From the NCBI GenBank assembly GCA_048213135.1, contig PS015022.1, positions 1 to 64,000 on the forward strand: 64,000 nucleotides of DNA, given 5' to 3'. A model generated the notes under the pieces. That model did no database searches. It was given only the letters and a program-made list of their open reading frames with translations, and had not been told where the DNA came from. The DNA is from Reclinomonas americana ATCC 50394. Lineage: Eukaryota. Of the stretch, positions 20,900 through 31,552 are shown in pieces. The first letter of the stretch is position 1. Every line of letters starts with the position of its first letter. A program made the position numbers and the translations under genes.

Positions 20900-21739
20900 A
20901 TGACCAACCCGATCGCCGATCCCATCGTCGAGGTGCCCGACACTGACGCGATGAGCCCGTTGGTCCACATGGACAGCACGCCGGAAGGCGCGGTCACCGT
21001 GTGGATCAATCGGCCGGAGAAGAAGAACGCCTTCGACGCCGCCACGATCGCGGCCTTGCGTCAGACCTTTGAGACCCTGCACGGCGCCGAGGGGGTCCGC
21101 GTGGTGTTCCTGCGTGGGGTGGGCGGCGCGTTCAGCGCCGGCGCCGACCTCTCCTGGATGGCCGACGCGGCCGATTGGGACGAGGATGACAATCGCCAGG
21201 ACGCGCTCGAATTGGCGCACATGCTCAAGGCGTTGCACGATATCCCGGCTTTGACCGTGGCCCTCGTCGAAGGCCCCGCCTTCGGCGGCGGCGCGGGGCT
21301 TGTCGCGGCGTGCGACCATGCGCTGGCGCTGGTCGACGCCAAGTTCGCCTTCTCGGAGGTGAAGCTGGGTCTGACGCCGGCGACGATCAGTCCCTACGTC
21401 ATCCAAGCCCTGGGCCCTCGGACCGCCAAACTCCTGTTCGCCACGGGCCGCGTCTTCGACGCCGATGACGCCTGGGGCTTTGGTCTTGTCGACGAAGTGT
21501 TCGAGGATGTCGCCAGCCTTGAGGCCGCCCGCGACGCCCTGATCGCCGAGATGGCGCCCTGCGCGCCCGGCGCGATCGGCGACGCCAAGGCCCTGGTCAA
21601 CGACTTCGTTGGTCAAAAGCTCGACAAGGGGCTGATCGAAGAGAGCGCGCGTCGCATCGCACGCCGGCGTGTGTCGTCCGAAGGACAAGAAGGCGTGCGC
21701 GCTTTCCTGGCCCGTCGCAAGCCGTCCTGGGTCGAATAG
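20900..21739 (+). CDS. liuC: Methylglutaconyl-CoA hydratase (crotonase family)
   Basis: FSAGADL, GGGAGL and FSEVKLGLTPATISPY motifs; position within the liu cluster. Confidence 0.85.
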   Translation: MTNPIADPIVEVPDTDAMSPLVHMDSTPEGAVTVWINRPEKKNAFDAATIAALRQTFETLHGAEGVRVVFLRGVGGAFSAGADLSWMADAADWDEDDNRQDALELAHMLKALHDIPALTVALVEGPAFGGGAGLVAACDHALALVDAKFAFSEVKLGLTPATISPYVIQALGPRTAKLLFATGRVFDADDAWGFGLVDEVFEDVASLEAARDALIAEMAPCAPGAIGDAKALVNDFVGQKLDKGLIEESARRIARRRVSSEGQEGVRAFLARRKPSWVE

Positions 21740-21799
21740 GGTTCGCGTCCTCAGCCAGGCTCCGTTGGTCTTCGCGCTTTCGCTAGATTGGGTTTCCCG

Positions 21800-23764
21800 T
21801 TGCTCTCTTCCGTCCTGATCGCCAACCGAGGCGAGATCGCCCGCCGTATCATTCGCACCGCTCGCGAGCTGGGCGTGCGGACGATCGCCGTCTATTCCGA
21901 GGCGGACGCGAACGCGCCGTTCGTGATGGAGGCCGACGCGGCGATCCTGATCGGCCCGGCGCCGGCCAGGGAGAGCTATCTGGATCCCCGCAAGATCCTG
22001 GCGGCGGCCAAGCAGATGGGCGCCGAGGCGATCCATCCGGGCTATGGCTTCCTGTCCGAGAACGCCGAGTTTGCGCAAAGCGTGATGGACGCGGGTCTCG
22101 TGTGGATCGGTCCGCCGCCGTCGGCGATCCGGGCCATGGGCCTGAAGGACGCCGCCAAGGCGGTGATGATCAAGGCCGGCGTGCCCACCACGCCCGGTTA
22201 TCTGGGCGAGGACCAGTCGGTTGACCGCCTCACCGCCGAGGCGGCCAAGATCGGCTATCCGGTGCTGATCAAGGCCGTCGCCGGCGGCGGCGGCAAGGGG
22301 ATGCGTAAGGTCGAGCGCGCGGAGGACTTCGAGGCCGCGCTGGGCTCGTGCCGGCGCGAGGCCGCGGCGGCCTTCGGCGACGACCGGGTGCTGCTGGAGA
22401 AGTACGTCACCCGGCCGCGCCACATCGAGGTGCAGGTGTTCGGCGACAGCCACGGCAATGTCGTCCACCTGTTCGAACGCGACTGCTCGCTGCAACGCCG
22501 CCACCAGAAGGTCATCGAGGAGGCGCCGGCGCCGGGCATGGACGAGGCGACCCGGGCCGCCGTCTGCGCCGCGGCGGTCAAGGCCGCCAAGGCCGTGAAC
22601 TATGTCGGCGCTGGAACGGTCGAGTTTATCGCCGACGCCAGCGAAGGCCTGCGCGTCGACCGTATCTGGTTCATGGAGATGAACACCCGCTTGCAGGTCG
22701 AGCATCCAGTGACCGAGATGGTCACCGGGCAGGATTTGGTTGAATGGCAGTTGCGCGTGGCCTCCGGCGAGCCGCTGCCGCTGGAGCAGGACGAGATCAC
22801 GCTGGACGGCTGGGCCATGGAGGCGCGGCTCTACGCCGAGAACCCGACCACGGGCTTCCTCCCGTCGACGGGCAAGCTCAAGCACTTCCGCCTGCCGGAA
22901 GGCGACGTCCGGGTCGACAGCGCGGTCGAGGAGGGAGGCGAGGTCACCCCATTCTACGACCCGATGATCGCCAAGCTGATCGCCCACGGCGCCGACCGCG
23001 AGGACGCCGCCCAGCGCTTGGGCGAGGCCTGCGCTCTGGTCGAGGTTTGGCCGGTCAAGACCAACGCCGCGTTCCTGGCCAAATGCGCCAGCCACCCGGA
23101 CTTCGTCGACGGCGCGGTGGACACCGGCTTTATCGAGGCGCGCCTTGATGAGCTGACGGAACGCACTTTCAGCGACGAGCCTGCCATGGCCGCGATCGGC
23201 TGGCGTTTGGACAGCTTCCTGGAGGCGGAGGCGCGGCGCGATCCGTGGGAGCCAGCCCCGTCGAAGTTGTTCGGTTTCCGTATGAATGCGCCCCGGGCGA
23301 CGATGCATCTGCCGATGTCTACCGACGGCAAGGCCACGCCGCTGCGCGTCGCCCTGATCGGCGGTGGAACCGAAGACTGGTCCTGGGACATCCGCCACGC
23401 CGACGGCTCGACCTTCGACGAGGTTACGCGCCTGCCAACCACTTACGGCAAAGGCCCGATCCAAGTGTTCGAGGGTGGCGACGTTGTGGAGTTCGACTTC
23501 GTCGCCAGGGTTGGCGGAGCGGGTGAAGGCGGCGCCTCGGATGGCGCGATCCTGTCGCCGATGCCGGGCAAGATCGTCTCGGTCGCGGTGACCGCCGGCG
23601 AGGCCGTCAGCAAGGGGCAGACCCTGCTGACCCTAGAGGCCATGAAGATGGAGCACGCCATGGCCGCGCCGTTCGACGGCGTGGTCGCCGAGCTGTCGGC
23701 GACGACGGGCGGGCAAGTCAGCGAGGGCGTCTTGCTTGCGCGCCTGGAGCCGGCCGCAGGCTGA
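21800..23764 (+). CDS. liuD: 3-methylcrotonyl-CoA carboxylase alpha subunit
   Basis: VLIANRGEIA, DCSLQRRHQK, EMNTRLQVEHPVTE and EAMKMEH. TTG start inferred. Confidence 0.88.
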   Translation: MLSSVLIANRGEIARRIIRTARELGVRTIAVYSEADANAPFVMEADAAILIGPAPARESYLDPRKILAAAKQMGAEAIHPGYGFLSENAEFAQSVMDAGLVWIGPPPSAIRAMGLKDAAKAVMIKAGVPTTPGYLGEDQSVDRLTAEAAKIGYPVLIKAVAGGGGKGMRKVERAEDFEAALGSCRREAAAAFGDDRVLLEKYVTRPRHIEVQVFGDSHGNVVHLFERDCSLQRRHQKVIEEAPAPGMDEATRAAVCAAAVKAAKAVNYVGAGTVEFIADASEGLRVDRIWFMEMNTRLQVEHPVTEMVTGQDLVEWQLRVASGEPLPLEQDEITLDGWAMEARLYAENPTTGFLPSTGKLKHFRLPEGDVRVDSAVEEGGEVTPFYDPMIAKLIAHGADREDAAQRLGEACALVEVWPVKTNAAFLAKCASHPDFVDGAVDTGFIEARLDELTERTFSDEPAMAAIGWRLDSFLEAEARRDPWEPAPSKLFGFRMNAPRATMHLPMSTDGKATPLRVALIGGGTEDWSWDIRHADGSTFDEVTRLPTTYGKGPIQVFEGGDVVEFDFVARVGGAGEGGASDGAILSPMPGKIVSVAVTAGEAVSKGQTLLTLEAMKMEHAMAAPFDGVVAELSATTGGQVSEGVLLARLEPAAG

Positions 23765-23855
23765 GTCTGATCCGCGCGCCTCGCCTTCACCCGGCCTCCA
23801 GATGACATCGCGACGGCCGCTGTACCGCTCGGCGCCGTGGGAGTAGGCTTCAAGC

Positions 23856-24674
23856 ATGTCGCGTTCCGTCGCCGATCCCCGTCCCGCCCTGCAGTGGCGC
23901 GCCGATCAGGCCGCGCGGCCTTTCGAGCGCATCACGCCGCAGGAAACCGCCGTCGGTCTGTCGTTCGATGGTCGTCCGCATACGGTGCTGATGGCCACGC
24001 CGGATGATCTGGAGGATCTGGCGCGTGGTTTTGTCGTCACCGAAGCGGTGGCCGCCGTTCAGGACATCGCCGGGATCGACGTTCGGACCGAGGAGCTGGG
24101 CGTCCTGGTCGACGTCCGCTTCACGCCGGGCGCGGGGCCCCGCAAGGCTCGTCCGCGCAATCTGGAAGGACGGTCCAGCTGCGGGTTGTGCGGCGTGGAG
24201 CGTCTGGCCGACGCTGTGAGACCGCTGCCGACGCTGGCCGCCTCGGACACAGTCCTGGCGCACACCGTCATTCCGCGCGCCCTGGAGAGGCTTGAGGTCG
24301 AGCAAGCCCTGGGCCGCCTGACCCGCGCCACTCACGCGGCCGCGTTCTTCTCGCTGGAGGGGGACCTGGTCCTGCTACGCGAGGATGTCGGCCGCCATAA
24401 CGCGCTGGACAAGCTGGCCGGAGCCTTGCTGCGCGGGGGGCGTGATCCGGCGAAGGGTTTCGTCGTGGTGACCAGCCGTTGCTCGTTCGAGATGGTCGAA
24501 AAGACCGTGCGCCTGGGCTGCCCGATCTTGGTGGCGGTGTCGGCGCCGACCGCGTTGGCGATTGATCGGGCGCAGACGGCGAACCTGACGCTTGTGGCTC
24601 TGGCGCGCGCCGATGGCCACGCGGTGTTTGCGGGCGCTGAGCGGCTGACCGATCGGATGAGGGGGCCGGCCTGA
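23856..24674 (+). CDS. fdhD: Formate dehydrogenase accessory sulfurtransferase
   Basis: SSCGLCG, HAAA, EDVGRHNALDKL and SAPT motifs. Confidence 0.93.
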   Translation: MSRSVADPRPALQWRADQAARPFERITPQETAVGLSFDGRPHTVLMATPDDLEDLARGFVVTEAVAAVQDIAGIDVRTEELGVLVDVRFTPGAGPRKARPRNLEGRSSCGLCGVERLADAVRPLPTLAASDTVLAHTVIPRALERLEVEQALGRLTRATHAAAFFSLEGDLVLLREDVGRHNALDKLAGALLRGGRDPAKGFVVVTSRCSFEMVEKTVRLGCPILVAVSAPTALAIDRAQTANLTLVALARADGHAVFAGAERLTDRMRGPA

Positions 24675-26969
24675 TGGCGGACAACAAGATTCCCGGCGTC
24701 CGGACCTATGACGCCCCTGCCGGAGGCTGGGGCGCGCTGAAGGCCGTCGCTGGCGCGCTATCGGACCAGGAAACGGTGATTGAGGGCGGCAAGACCCTGC
24801 TGCACGCCAACCAGCCGGAGGGTTTCGACTGTCCCGGTTGCGCCTGGCCAGACCCCAAGCACACCTCGTCTTTCGAGTTCTGCGAGAACGGCGCCAAGGC
24901 CGTCGCCTGGGAGGCGACGACCAAGCGCGCCACGCCTGAGGTTTTCGCCCGTCACACCGTTAGCGAGCTGCTGACCTGGAGCGACCACCAGATCGAGGAT
25001 CTGGGCCGTCTGACCGAGCCGATGGCCTATGACCCGACCGACGATCGCTACAAGGCGATCACCTGGGCGGACGCCTTCTCGCATGTCGGCGCGGCGCTGA
25101 AGGCCTTGAACGATCCGAACGAGGCCGAGTTCTACGCCTCGGGCCGCGCGTCGAACGAGGCGGCGTTCCTGTATCAGTTGCTCGGTCGGCGGTTCGGGAC
25201 CAACAACTTCCCCGACTGTTCGAACATGTGCCACGAGCCCACCAGCGTGGGCCTGCCGGACTCGATCGGCCTGGGCAAGGGCTCGGTGACGCTGGAGGAT
25301 TTCGACCACGCCGACCTGATCCTGTGTTTCGGCCACAATCCCGGCACCAACCACCCGCGAATGATGGCGACCCTGCGCGAAGCCAGCCGGCGCGGCGCGA
25401 CGATCCTGGCCTTCAATCCGCTGAAGGAGCGGGCGCTGGAGCGCTTCGCCTCGCCGCAAGATCCGGTCGAGATGGCGACCCTGGGCTCTACGCCCATCGC
25501 GTCGGCCTACTACCAGGTGACGATCGGCGGCGACGCGATGCTGGTCCAGGGCATGATGAAGGCCCTGCTGGCTCTGGAGGTGCGGGACGGCGGGGTTCTG
25601 GACCACGCCTTCATTGCCGAGCACACGACGGGCTTCGACGCCGTTGTCGAGCAGGTCGAAGCGCTTGACTGGTCGACGATCGAGGCAGGATGCGGCCTGC
25701 CGCGCGCGCGGATCGAGGAGGCCGCCGCCATCTACGCTAAGGCCAAGGCGGCGATCCTCTGCTACGGCATGGGCCTGACCCAGCACCGCGATAGCTCGAG
25801 CACGGTTCAGCAACTGGTCAATCTGCTGCTGATGCGGGGCAATATCGGACGGCCCGGCGCTGGCATCTGCCCGTTGCGCGGCCATTCCAACGTTCAGGGC
25901 GCACGAACCGTCGGGGTCTGGGAGAAGCCGCCGACCGCGCTTCTGGATGCGATCCGCGACGTCTTCGGCTTCGAGCCGCCGCGCGCTCACGGCCACACCG
26001 TGGTCGAGGCGATCGGGGCGATGGAGGCGGGACGGGCCAAGGTGTTCGTGGGCTTGGGCGGAAACTTCGCCGTGGCCGCCCCCGATCCCACCCGCACCTT
26101 CGCCGCCATGCGCAAGCTGGATATGGCTGTGCACGTCGCGACCAAGCCCAATCGCACCCATCTGCTGGTCGGCAAGGCGGCCTTGCTGCTGCCGTGTCTG
26201 GGCCGCACCGAGATGGACGTCCGGGGCGGGGTCCGTCAGGCGGTGACGGTCGAGGACTCCATGTCCATGGTCCATGCGTCGCGCGGTCTCAACGCCCCGG
26301 CGTCCGAGCACCTGCTGTCGGAGCCGGCGATCGTCGCGGGGATCGCGGCGGCGACGTTCGGCGAGGATCCCCTGGTGGATTGGTTCGGCCTGGCCGACAA
26401 CTACGACGCTGTGCGAGACCTGATCGCGCGCGTCTTCCCGTCGGCTTTTGCGGATTACAATGAGCGGGTCCGGATCCCAGGCGGGTTTCGTCTGCCGGTC
26501 GGACCTTCTAACCGCGTCTGGCGGACGGCCAGCGGCAAGGCCAACTTCCTGGTCTATGACCCCAAGGGGGGGGGATCCGCGCCGGGGCGATCGGGACGTG
26601 ATGCTGCTGACGACCCTGCGCAGTCACGACCAGTACAATACGACGATCTATGGTCAGGATGACCGTTACAGAGGCGTGTTCGGGCGTCGCGACGTGGTGT
26701 TCGCCAGCCCGGAAGACATCGCGCGCCTCGGGCTGGCGGCGGGGGACCGGGTGGACCTTGCGGCGGCATTCGACGAGGGCGGGCGGCGTGTGGCGCGGGG
26801 CTTTACCCTGGTGGCGAGGGATATCCCGCCCGGCTGTCTGGCGGCTTATTATCCCGAGACCAATGTGGTGATCGCGCTGGACGACCATGACCAGCGCTCG
26901 GGGACCCCGGCCTACAAGTCCGCGCCCGTCCGCCTTCGTCGATCAGCGCTCAACGAAAGCGGTTGTTAG
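24674..26969 (+). pseudogene. FdhF/YdeP-family molybdopterin oxidoreductase, frameshifted in a G9 run (possibly a sequencing error)
   Basis: GFDCPGCAW, FCENGAKA, NMCHE and RGHSNVQG lie in the first frame. The conserved TLRSHDQYNTTIYG and YYPETN lie in another frame after G9 at 26566-26574. Confidence 0.85.
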
Positions 26970-27013
26970 GAGGCTTTGGTCTAAATGCGCGCAGTCTAGG
27001 GAGACTTCGCCGC

Positions 27014-28162
27014 GTGCAGGCTGATCGCATCCGTGTCGATATCGTCGACGTCGCCGCCTTGGGGGCGAGCGAGCGGTCTGCGTGGACGGCTCTACGTGCG
27101 GCGACTCCGGACTTGGCCAGTCCTTACTTCGACCTTCGCTTTATCGAGGTCGCCGCCCAGGTCGCGCCGGGCGCAAGGCTGGCCGTGGTGCGCGACGGTG
27201 ACGCCTTGCGGGGCTTCCTGCCGTTCCAGAGGCGCGGCGCGCTCGTGCAGCCCCTGGCCGCGCCGCTCAGCGATTTCCACGGCCTGATCGCCGCGCCCGG
27301 TCTGTCGATCGCCCGGCTGCTGCCGCATCTGCCCGGCGCGCGCCGCGCCCGGTTTGGCGGCTTGGTCGGCCCAAGCGCTGCGGACCTGGCGGGCCTGTCG
27401 CCGCGATCGGCCATGGCGGCCGACCTTTCGCAAGGCTTCGACGCATACTTGGCGGGCCGCGATGCGCGCTTTCTCAAGGACAAGCGCCGGCGTCGGCGGG
27501 CGCTGGAGCGCGATCACGGTCCGCTGTCCTTCTCTTTCGCGCCGGCGACGCTCGACGACGTGGCTTTGATCGTGGATCGAAAGCGGGCGCAGATCGCCCG
27601 GACGCATCAGTACGATGTGTTCGGTTGCGGATGGACCGCGACGCTGCTGGAGCGGCTCGCGACCTCCGGGACCGAGGATTTCGGCTTGCGCATGGCGATG
27701 TTGCGGGCAGGGGGCAAGATGGTCGCGGCGGAACTCGGACTGTTGTCCGGTGCGCGCCATCACCTGTGGTTCCCGATCTACGAGCCCGCGTTCGCGCGCT
27801 ACTCCCCCGGCGCGCTGATGACGCTGGACACCCTGGAGGCGGCGGCGGGCCTGGGGGTCGAGCGGGTCGACTTCGGCGTTGACGCCGATAGCTACAAGCA
27901 TGACTTCGCCGACCCGGCCGAGGTTGTCTTCGAGGGCTTGATCGAGCGGCGAGGCGGCGCGCGGGGTCAGTCGATGCGGACGATCGGCGCGTCGCGGCTG
28001 GCGCGGCGTTTCGACCGGATTGTGGCCTGCGAGCCGGGTCTTGTCGGGCAACTTCGCGGGGGAGGCGGCTTCCTGACCGCGCTGGCCCGCCGTCATCCCC
28101 GGCTGGGCGCGGCGCTCGGCCTGAGCTTCGGTCTGGTCGGCCTGGCGCTGATGGTCGACTGA
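27014..28162 (+). CDS. GNAT acetyltransferase of the CelD/BcsL (HfsK-like) type
   Basis: SPYF, PLSDFHG and YSPG...DFG...YK motifs. GTG start after a GGGAGA RBS. Confidence 0.8.
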   Translation: MQADRIRVDIVDVAALGASERSAWTALRAATPDLASPYFDLRFIEVAAQVAPGARLAVVRDGDALRGFLPFQRRGALVQPLAAPLSDFHGLIAAPGLSIARLLPHLPGARRARFGGLVGPSAADLAGLSPRSAMAADLSQGFDAYLAGRDARFLKDKRRRRRALERDHGPLSFSFAPATLDDVALIVDRKRAQIARTHQYDVFGCGWTATLLERLATSGTEDFGLRMAMLRAGGKMVAAELGLLSGARHHLWFPIYEPAFARYSPGALMTLDTLEAAAGLGVERVDFGVDADSYKHDFADPAEVVFEGLIERRGGARGQSMRTIGASRLARRFDRIVACEPGLVGQLRGGGGFLTALARRHPRLGAALGLSFGLVGLALMVD

Positions 28163-28272
28163 CCTTGCGCCGAACATGACTTCGGGGTCATGACCTCGAA
28201 TTAAGTCGAAACGGTGTCAGGCGGTCGGTAGCTTCTCCCCATCGAATTCAACGCATCCCTGGGGAGACACTG

Positions 28273-29112
28273 ATGCGGGCTCTGACCACTCTGGCCGTTC
28301 TGGCCATCGCCACGACCGCCGCCGGCGCTGCTGCGGCCGCGCCTTCCGTCAAGATCAGGGACGCGGTCGCTCGCGTCGTCATCATCCCGGAGAACCGGGC
28401 TGACGTGAAGGTCGAGTTCCTGACCACCAACGCGTCCCTACCGCTCTCGGTGCGCCAGGAAGGCGAGCAGGTCGTGATCGATGGCGATCTGCGGATGAGC
28501 CGGATCAACGGCTGCAACAGCCGTGGCGGCAAGGTCTTCGTGAAGGTGCGCGGCGTGGGCGATGTGTCCTACGACAATCTCCCGGAAGTCGCGGTGCGCA
28601 CCCCGATGAACGTCAAGGTCCAGGCGGGGGGCGCGGTGTTTGGCTCCATCGGTCGCTCCGATAGCATCGAACTCGGCAACGCCGGTTGCGGCGATTGGAC
28701 CATCGCCAACACCAAGGGCAAGCTGGAAATCAGTCAGGCTGGATCGGGTGGCGCCAAGGCCGGGACCGCGGCCTATGCCGAGATCAGCATCGCGGGTTCC
28801 GGCGATGTCTCTTCCCAAGCGATCGCCGGGGATCTGGAGGCCAATATCGCGGGCTCGGGCGACGTCTGGGTCGCCAGCATCGGCGGTAAGCTGGAAGGCA
28901 ACATCGCCGGCTCGGGCGACATCACCGTGGCCGGCGGCCGTAGCCGATCGGTCGAGGTCAGCGTGATGGGCTCGGGCGACGTCACCTTCAACGGTGAAGC
29001 GGGCGAGGTCGAGCTGTCTGTGATGGGCTCAGGCGACGTCAAGATCGCCAAGGTCACGGGCCCGGTGAAGAAACATGTAGCGGGCTCGGGCGACGTGATC
29101 ATCGGCCAATAG
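28273..29112 (+). CDS. Exported DUF2807/GIN-domain beta-helical protein
   Basis: Signal peptide and seven (I/V)-x-GSGD-(V/I) repeats. Confidence 0.85.
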   Translation: MRALTTLAVLAIATTAAGAAAAAPSVKIRDAVARVVIIPENRADVKVEFLTTNASLPLSVRQEGEQVVIDGDLRMSRINGCNSRGGKVFVKVRGVGDVSYDNLPEVAVRTPMNVKVQAGGAVFGSIGRSDSIELGNAGCGDWTIANTKGKLEISQAGSGGAKAGTAAYAEISIAGSGDVSSQAIAGDLEANIAGSGDVWVASIGGKLEGNIAGSGDITVAGGRSRSVEVSVMGSGDVTFNGEAGEVELSVMGSGDVKIAKVTGPVKKHVAGSGDVIIGQ

Positions 29113-29141
29113 CGCCACGGACATATATAGAGACACACTTG

Positions 29142-29174
29142 GAACGCCCCGGCGATCGTCTCGCCGGGGCGTTC
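29142..29174. terminator. Strong hairpin after the GIN-domain gene (probable terminator)
   Basis: GAACGCCCCGGCGA-TCGTC-TCGCCGGGGCGTTC perfect 14-bp stem; weak U tract. Confidence 0.6.
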
Positions 29175-29271
29175 TCGCGTTCGAGGGCTTGCTTCGGGGC
29201 GGGGAGGGGCCTAGTCAGAACCCGCCCGACGACTCGCGTCCCACAAAGTCGCGACGAACCGGACAGAGCGC

Positions 29272-29300
29272 TTGACGAAACCGATTCCGGAACGTACAAG
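29272..29300 (+). promoter_or_regulatory. Housekeeping sigma70-type promoter of the S10 operon
   Basis: TTGACG-17 nt-TACAAG, with a GANTC (CcrM) site in the spacer. Confidence 0.6.
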
Positions 29301-29535
29301 CGCGCCTCTGTTGGACCGGCTGTGAGCTCTCGGGCTCAAACGCGGTTCGCGAGACGCCCGGACATAGCGCCGCTAACCTTCCTCGGAAGGGGTGCAATAT
29401 CTGGTCATCACCCCCGACAGGCGACTGTTGGGGACATTTGTTTTGCGGACGCTGCGTACGGGGCTCATCTGAGTTCCGAGTTGGTCTTTGAAATGGTTCG
29501 AGACGCGGGCGCAGCCCACTAGGAAACCGAGCGAT

Positions 29536-29704
29536 ATGGATCGTCAGAACATCCGCATCCGGCTCAAGGCCTTCGATCACCGCGTGTTGGATCATTCCAC
29601 GCGCGAGATCGTCAATACGGCCAAGCGTACGGGTGCGACGGTGCGGGGCCCCATCCCCCTGCCCACGCTTATCGAGAAATTCACTGTCAACCGCTCGCCG
29701 CACG
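29536..29704 (+). CDS. rpsJ: 30S ribosomal protein S10, truncated by a gap
   Basis: [19 protein letters not shown]...GPIPLPT...RSPH. Confidence 0.95.
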
Positions 29705-29724
29705 NNNNNNNNNNNNNNNNNNNN
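29705..29724. other. 20-N assembly gap that hides several hundred bp
   Basis: The rpsJ C-terminus and most of rplC are absent across only 20 Ns. Confidence 0.9.
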
Positions 29725-29924
29725 GGCCTGATCCTGGGTCAAGGGCGCTGTCCCCGGCCACGAAAGGCAGCTACGTGAAGGTTCGCGACGCCGTGAAGAA
29801 GGCTCTCCCCGCCGACGCTCCGCGTCCGGGCGCCTTCCGCAAGGCTGGCGAAGCTGCTCCGGCCGCTGCTGAGACCCCCGCTGAAGAGGCCCCCGCGGCT
29901 GCGACCGAAGAGGGCGAAGGCTAA
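29725..29924 (+). CDS. rplC: 50S ribosomal protein L3, C-terminal fragment with indel errors
   Basis: Removing two homopolymer insertions gives [25 protein letters not shown]. The stop overlaps the rplD start. Confidence 0.85.
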
Positions 29925-30564
29925 TGAAACTCGACGTCATCAAACTGGACGGCGGCAAGGCCGGTTCCGTTGATCTCGACGACGCCATCTTCGGCATCGA
30001 CGAGATTCGCGGCGACATCCTGCAGCGCGTCGTTACCTGGCAACTGGCCAAGCGCCGCTCGGGTAACCACAAGATTCAAGTTCGTAACGAGGTCTCTCGT
30101 ACGAGCAAGAAGATGTACAAGCAGAAGGGCACCGGCGGCGCCCGTCACGGTTCGCGCCGTGCGGCCCAGTTCGTCGGCGGCGCCAAGGCCCACGGTCCCG
30201 TGGTCCGCAGCCACGCCTTCGACCTGCCCAAGAAGATCCGCGCCCTGGCCCTGAAGCACGCTCTGTCGTCGAAGGCCAAGTCGGGCTCGCTGGTCGTCCT
30301 GGACAGCGCCGTTCTGACCGAAGCCAAGACGGCCGCCCTGCGCGCCAACTTCGACAAGATCGGTCTGAAGAACGCCTTGGTCATCGCCGGTCCGGAAGTG
30401 GACGCGAACTTCAAGCTCGCCGCCCGCAACATCCCGAACGTGGATGTCCTGCCGAACGCCGGCCTGAACGTCTACGACGTGCTGCGTCGCCAGACCCTTC
30501 GTCCTGACCAAGGACCGCGGTCGAAGCGATCTCGGCTCGTTTCGCTGAGAAGGAAGCCGCCTAA
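29924..30564 (+). CDS. rplD: 50S ribosomal protein L4 (two spurious insertions near the 3' end)
   Basis: [19 protein letters not shown] and ARNIP motifs. The corrected tail [21 protein letters not shown] ends at a TAA overlapping the next ATG. Confidence 0.93.
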
Positions 30565-30589
30565 TGGCCGCCACCGCTCGCCACTACGA
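30564..30589 (+). CDS. rplW: 50S ribosomal protein L23, first codons only
   Basis: MAATARHY at the canonical position after rplD. Confidence 0.7.
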
Positions 30590-31552
30590 NNNNNNNNNNN
30601 NNNNNNNNNNNNNNNNNNNNNNNNNNNNNNNNNNNNNNNNNNNNNNNNNNNNNNNNNNNNNNNNNNNNNNNNNNNNNNNNNNNNNNNNNNNNNNNNNNNN
30701 NNNNNNNNNNNNNNNNNNNNNNNNNNNNNNNNNNNNNNNNNNNNNNNNNNNNNNNNNNNNNNNNNNNNNNNNNNNNNNNNNNNNNNNNNNNNNNNNNNNN
30801 NNNNNNNNNNNNNNNNNNNNNNNNNNNNNNNNNNNNNNNNNNNNNNNNNNNNNNNNNNNNNNNNNNNNNNNNNNNNNNNNNNNNNNNNNNNNNNNNNNNN
30901 NNNNNNNNNNNNNNNNNNNNNNNNNNNNNNNNNNNNNNNNNNNNNNNNNNNNNNNNNNNNNNNNNNNNNNNNNNNNNNNNNNNNNNNNNNNNNNNNNNNN
31001 NNNNNNNNNNNNNNNNNNNNNNNNNNNNNNNNNNNNNNNNNNNNNNNNNNNNNNNNNNNNNNNNNNNNNNNNNNNNNNNNNNNNNNNNNNNNNNNNNNNN
31101 NNNNNNNNNNNNNNNNNNNNNNNNNNNNNNNNNNNNNNNNNNNNNNNNNNNNNNNNNNNNNNNNNNNNNNNNNNNNNNNNNNNNNNNNNNNNNNNNNNNN
31201 NNNNNNNNNNNNNNNNNNNNNNNNNNNNNNNNNNNNNNNNNNNNNNNNNNNNNNNNNNNNNNNNNNNNNNNNNNNNNNNNNNNNNNNNNNNNNNNNNNNN
31301 NNNNNNNNNNNNNNNNNNNNNNNNNNNNNNNNNNNNNNNNNNNNNNNNNNNNNNNNNNNNNNNNNNNNNNNNNNNNNNNNNNNNNNNNNNNNNNNNNNNN
31401 NNNNNNNNNNNNNNNNNNNNNNNNNNNNNNNNNNNNNNNNNNNNNNNNNNNNNNNNNNNNNNNNNNNNNNNNNNNNNNNNNNNNNNNNNNNNNNNNNNNN
31501 NNNNNNNNNNNNNNNNNNNNNNNNNNNNNNNNNNNNNNNNNNNNNNNNNNNN
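30590..31552. other. 963-N scaffold gap separating bacterial from eukaryotic sequence
   Basis: Run of Ns; gene structure and composition change completely across it. Confidence 0.97.

Noticed and set aside
20744-23464. 906-aa minus-strand ORF, and similar long ORFs at 3916-5829, 7704-9560 and 24758-26311
   Set aside because: Antisense shadows of GC-rich genes; no recognisable motifs.
28790-29100. Regularly spaced GGCTCGGGCGAC repeats resembling an array
   Set aside because: They are the coding GSGD repeats of the GIN-domain protein, not a CRISPR; no cas genes are present.
29725-30564. Frameshifts in rplC and rplD as pseudogenisation or programmed frameshifting
   Set aside because: Essential genes, single-base homopolymer insertions right beside gaps: low-quality contig ends.
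1-30589. Horizontal transfer of a 30-kb bacterial block into a eukaryote
   Set aside because: Genes are intact, intronless, operonic, include tRNAs and r-proteins, and join the eukaryotic part only through Ns. Contamination or mis-scaffolding is far simpler.
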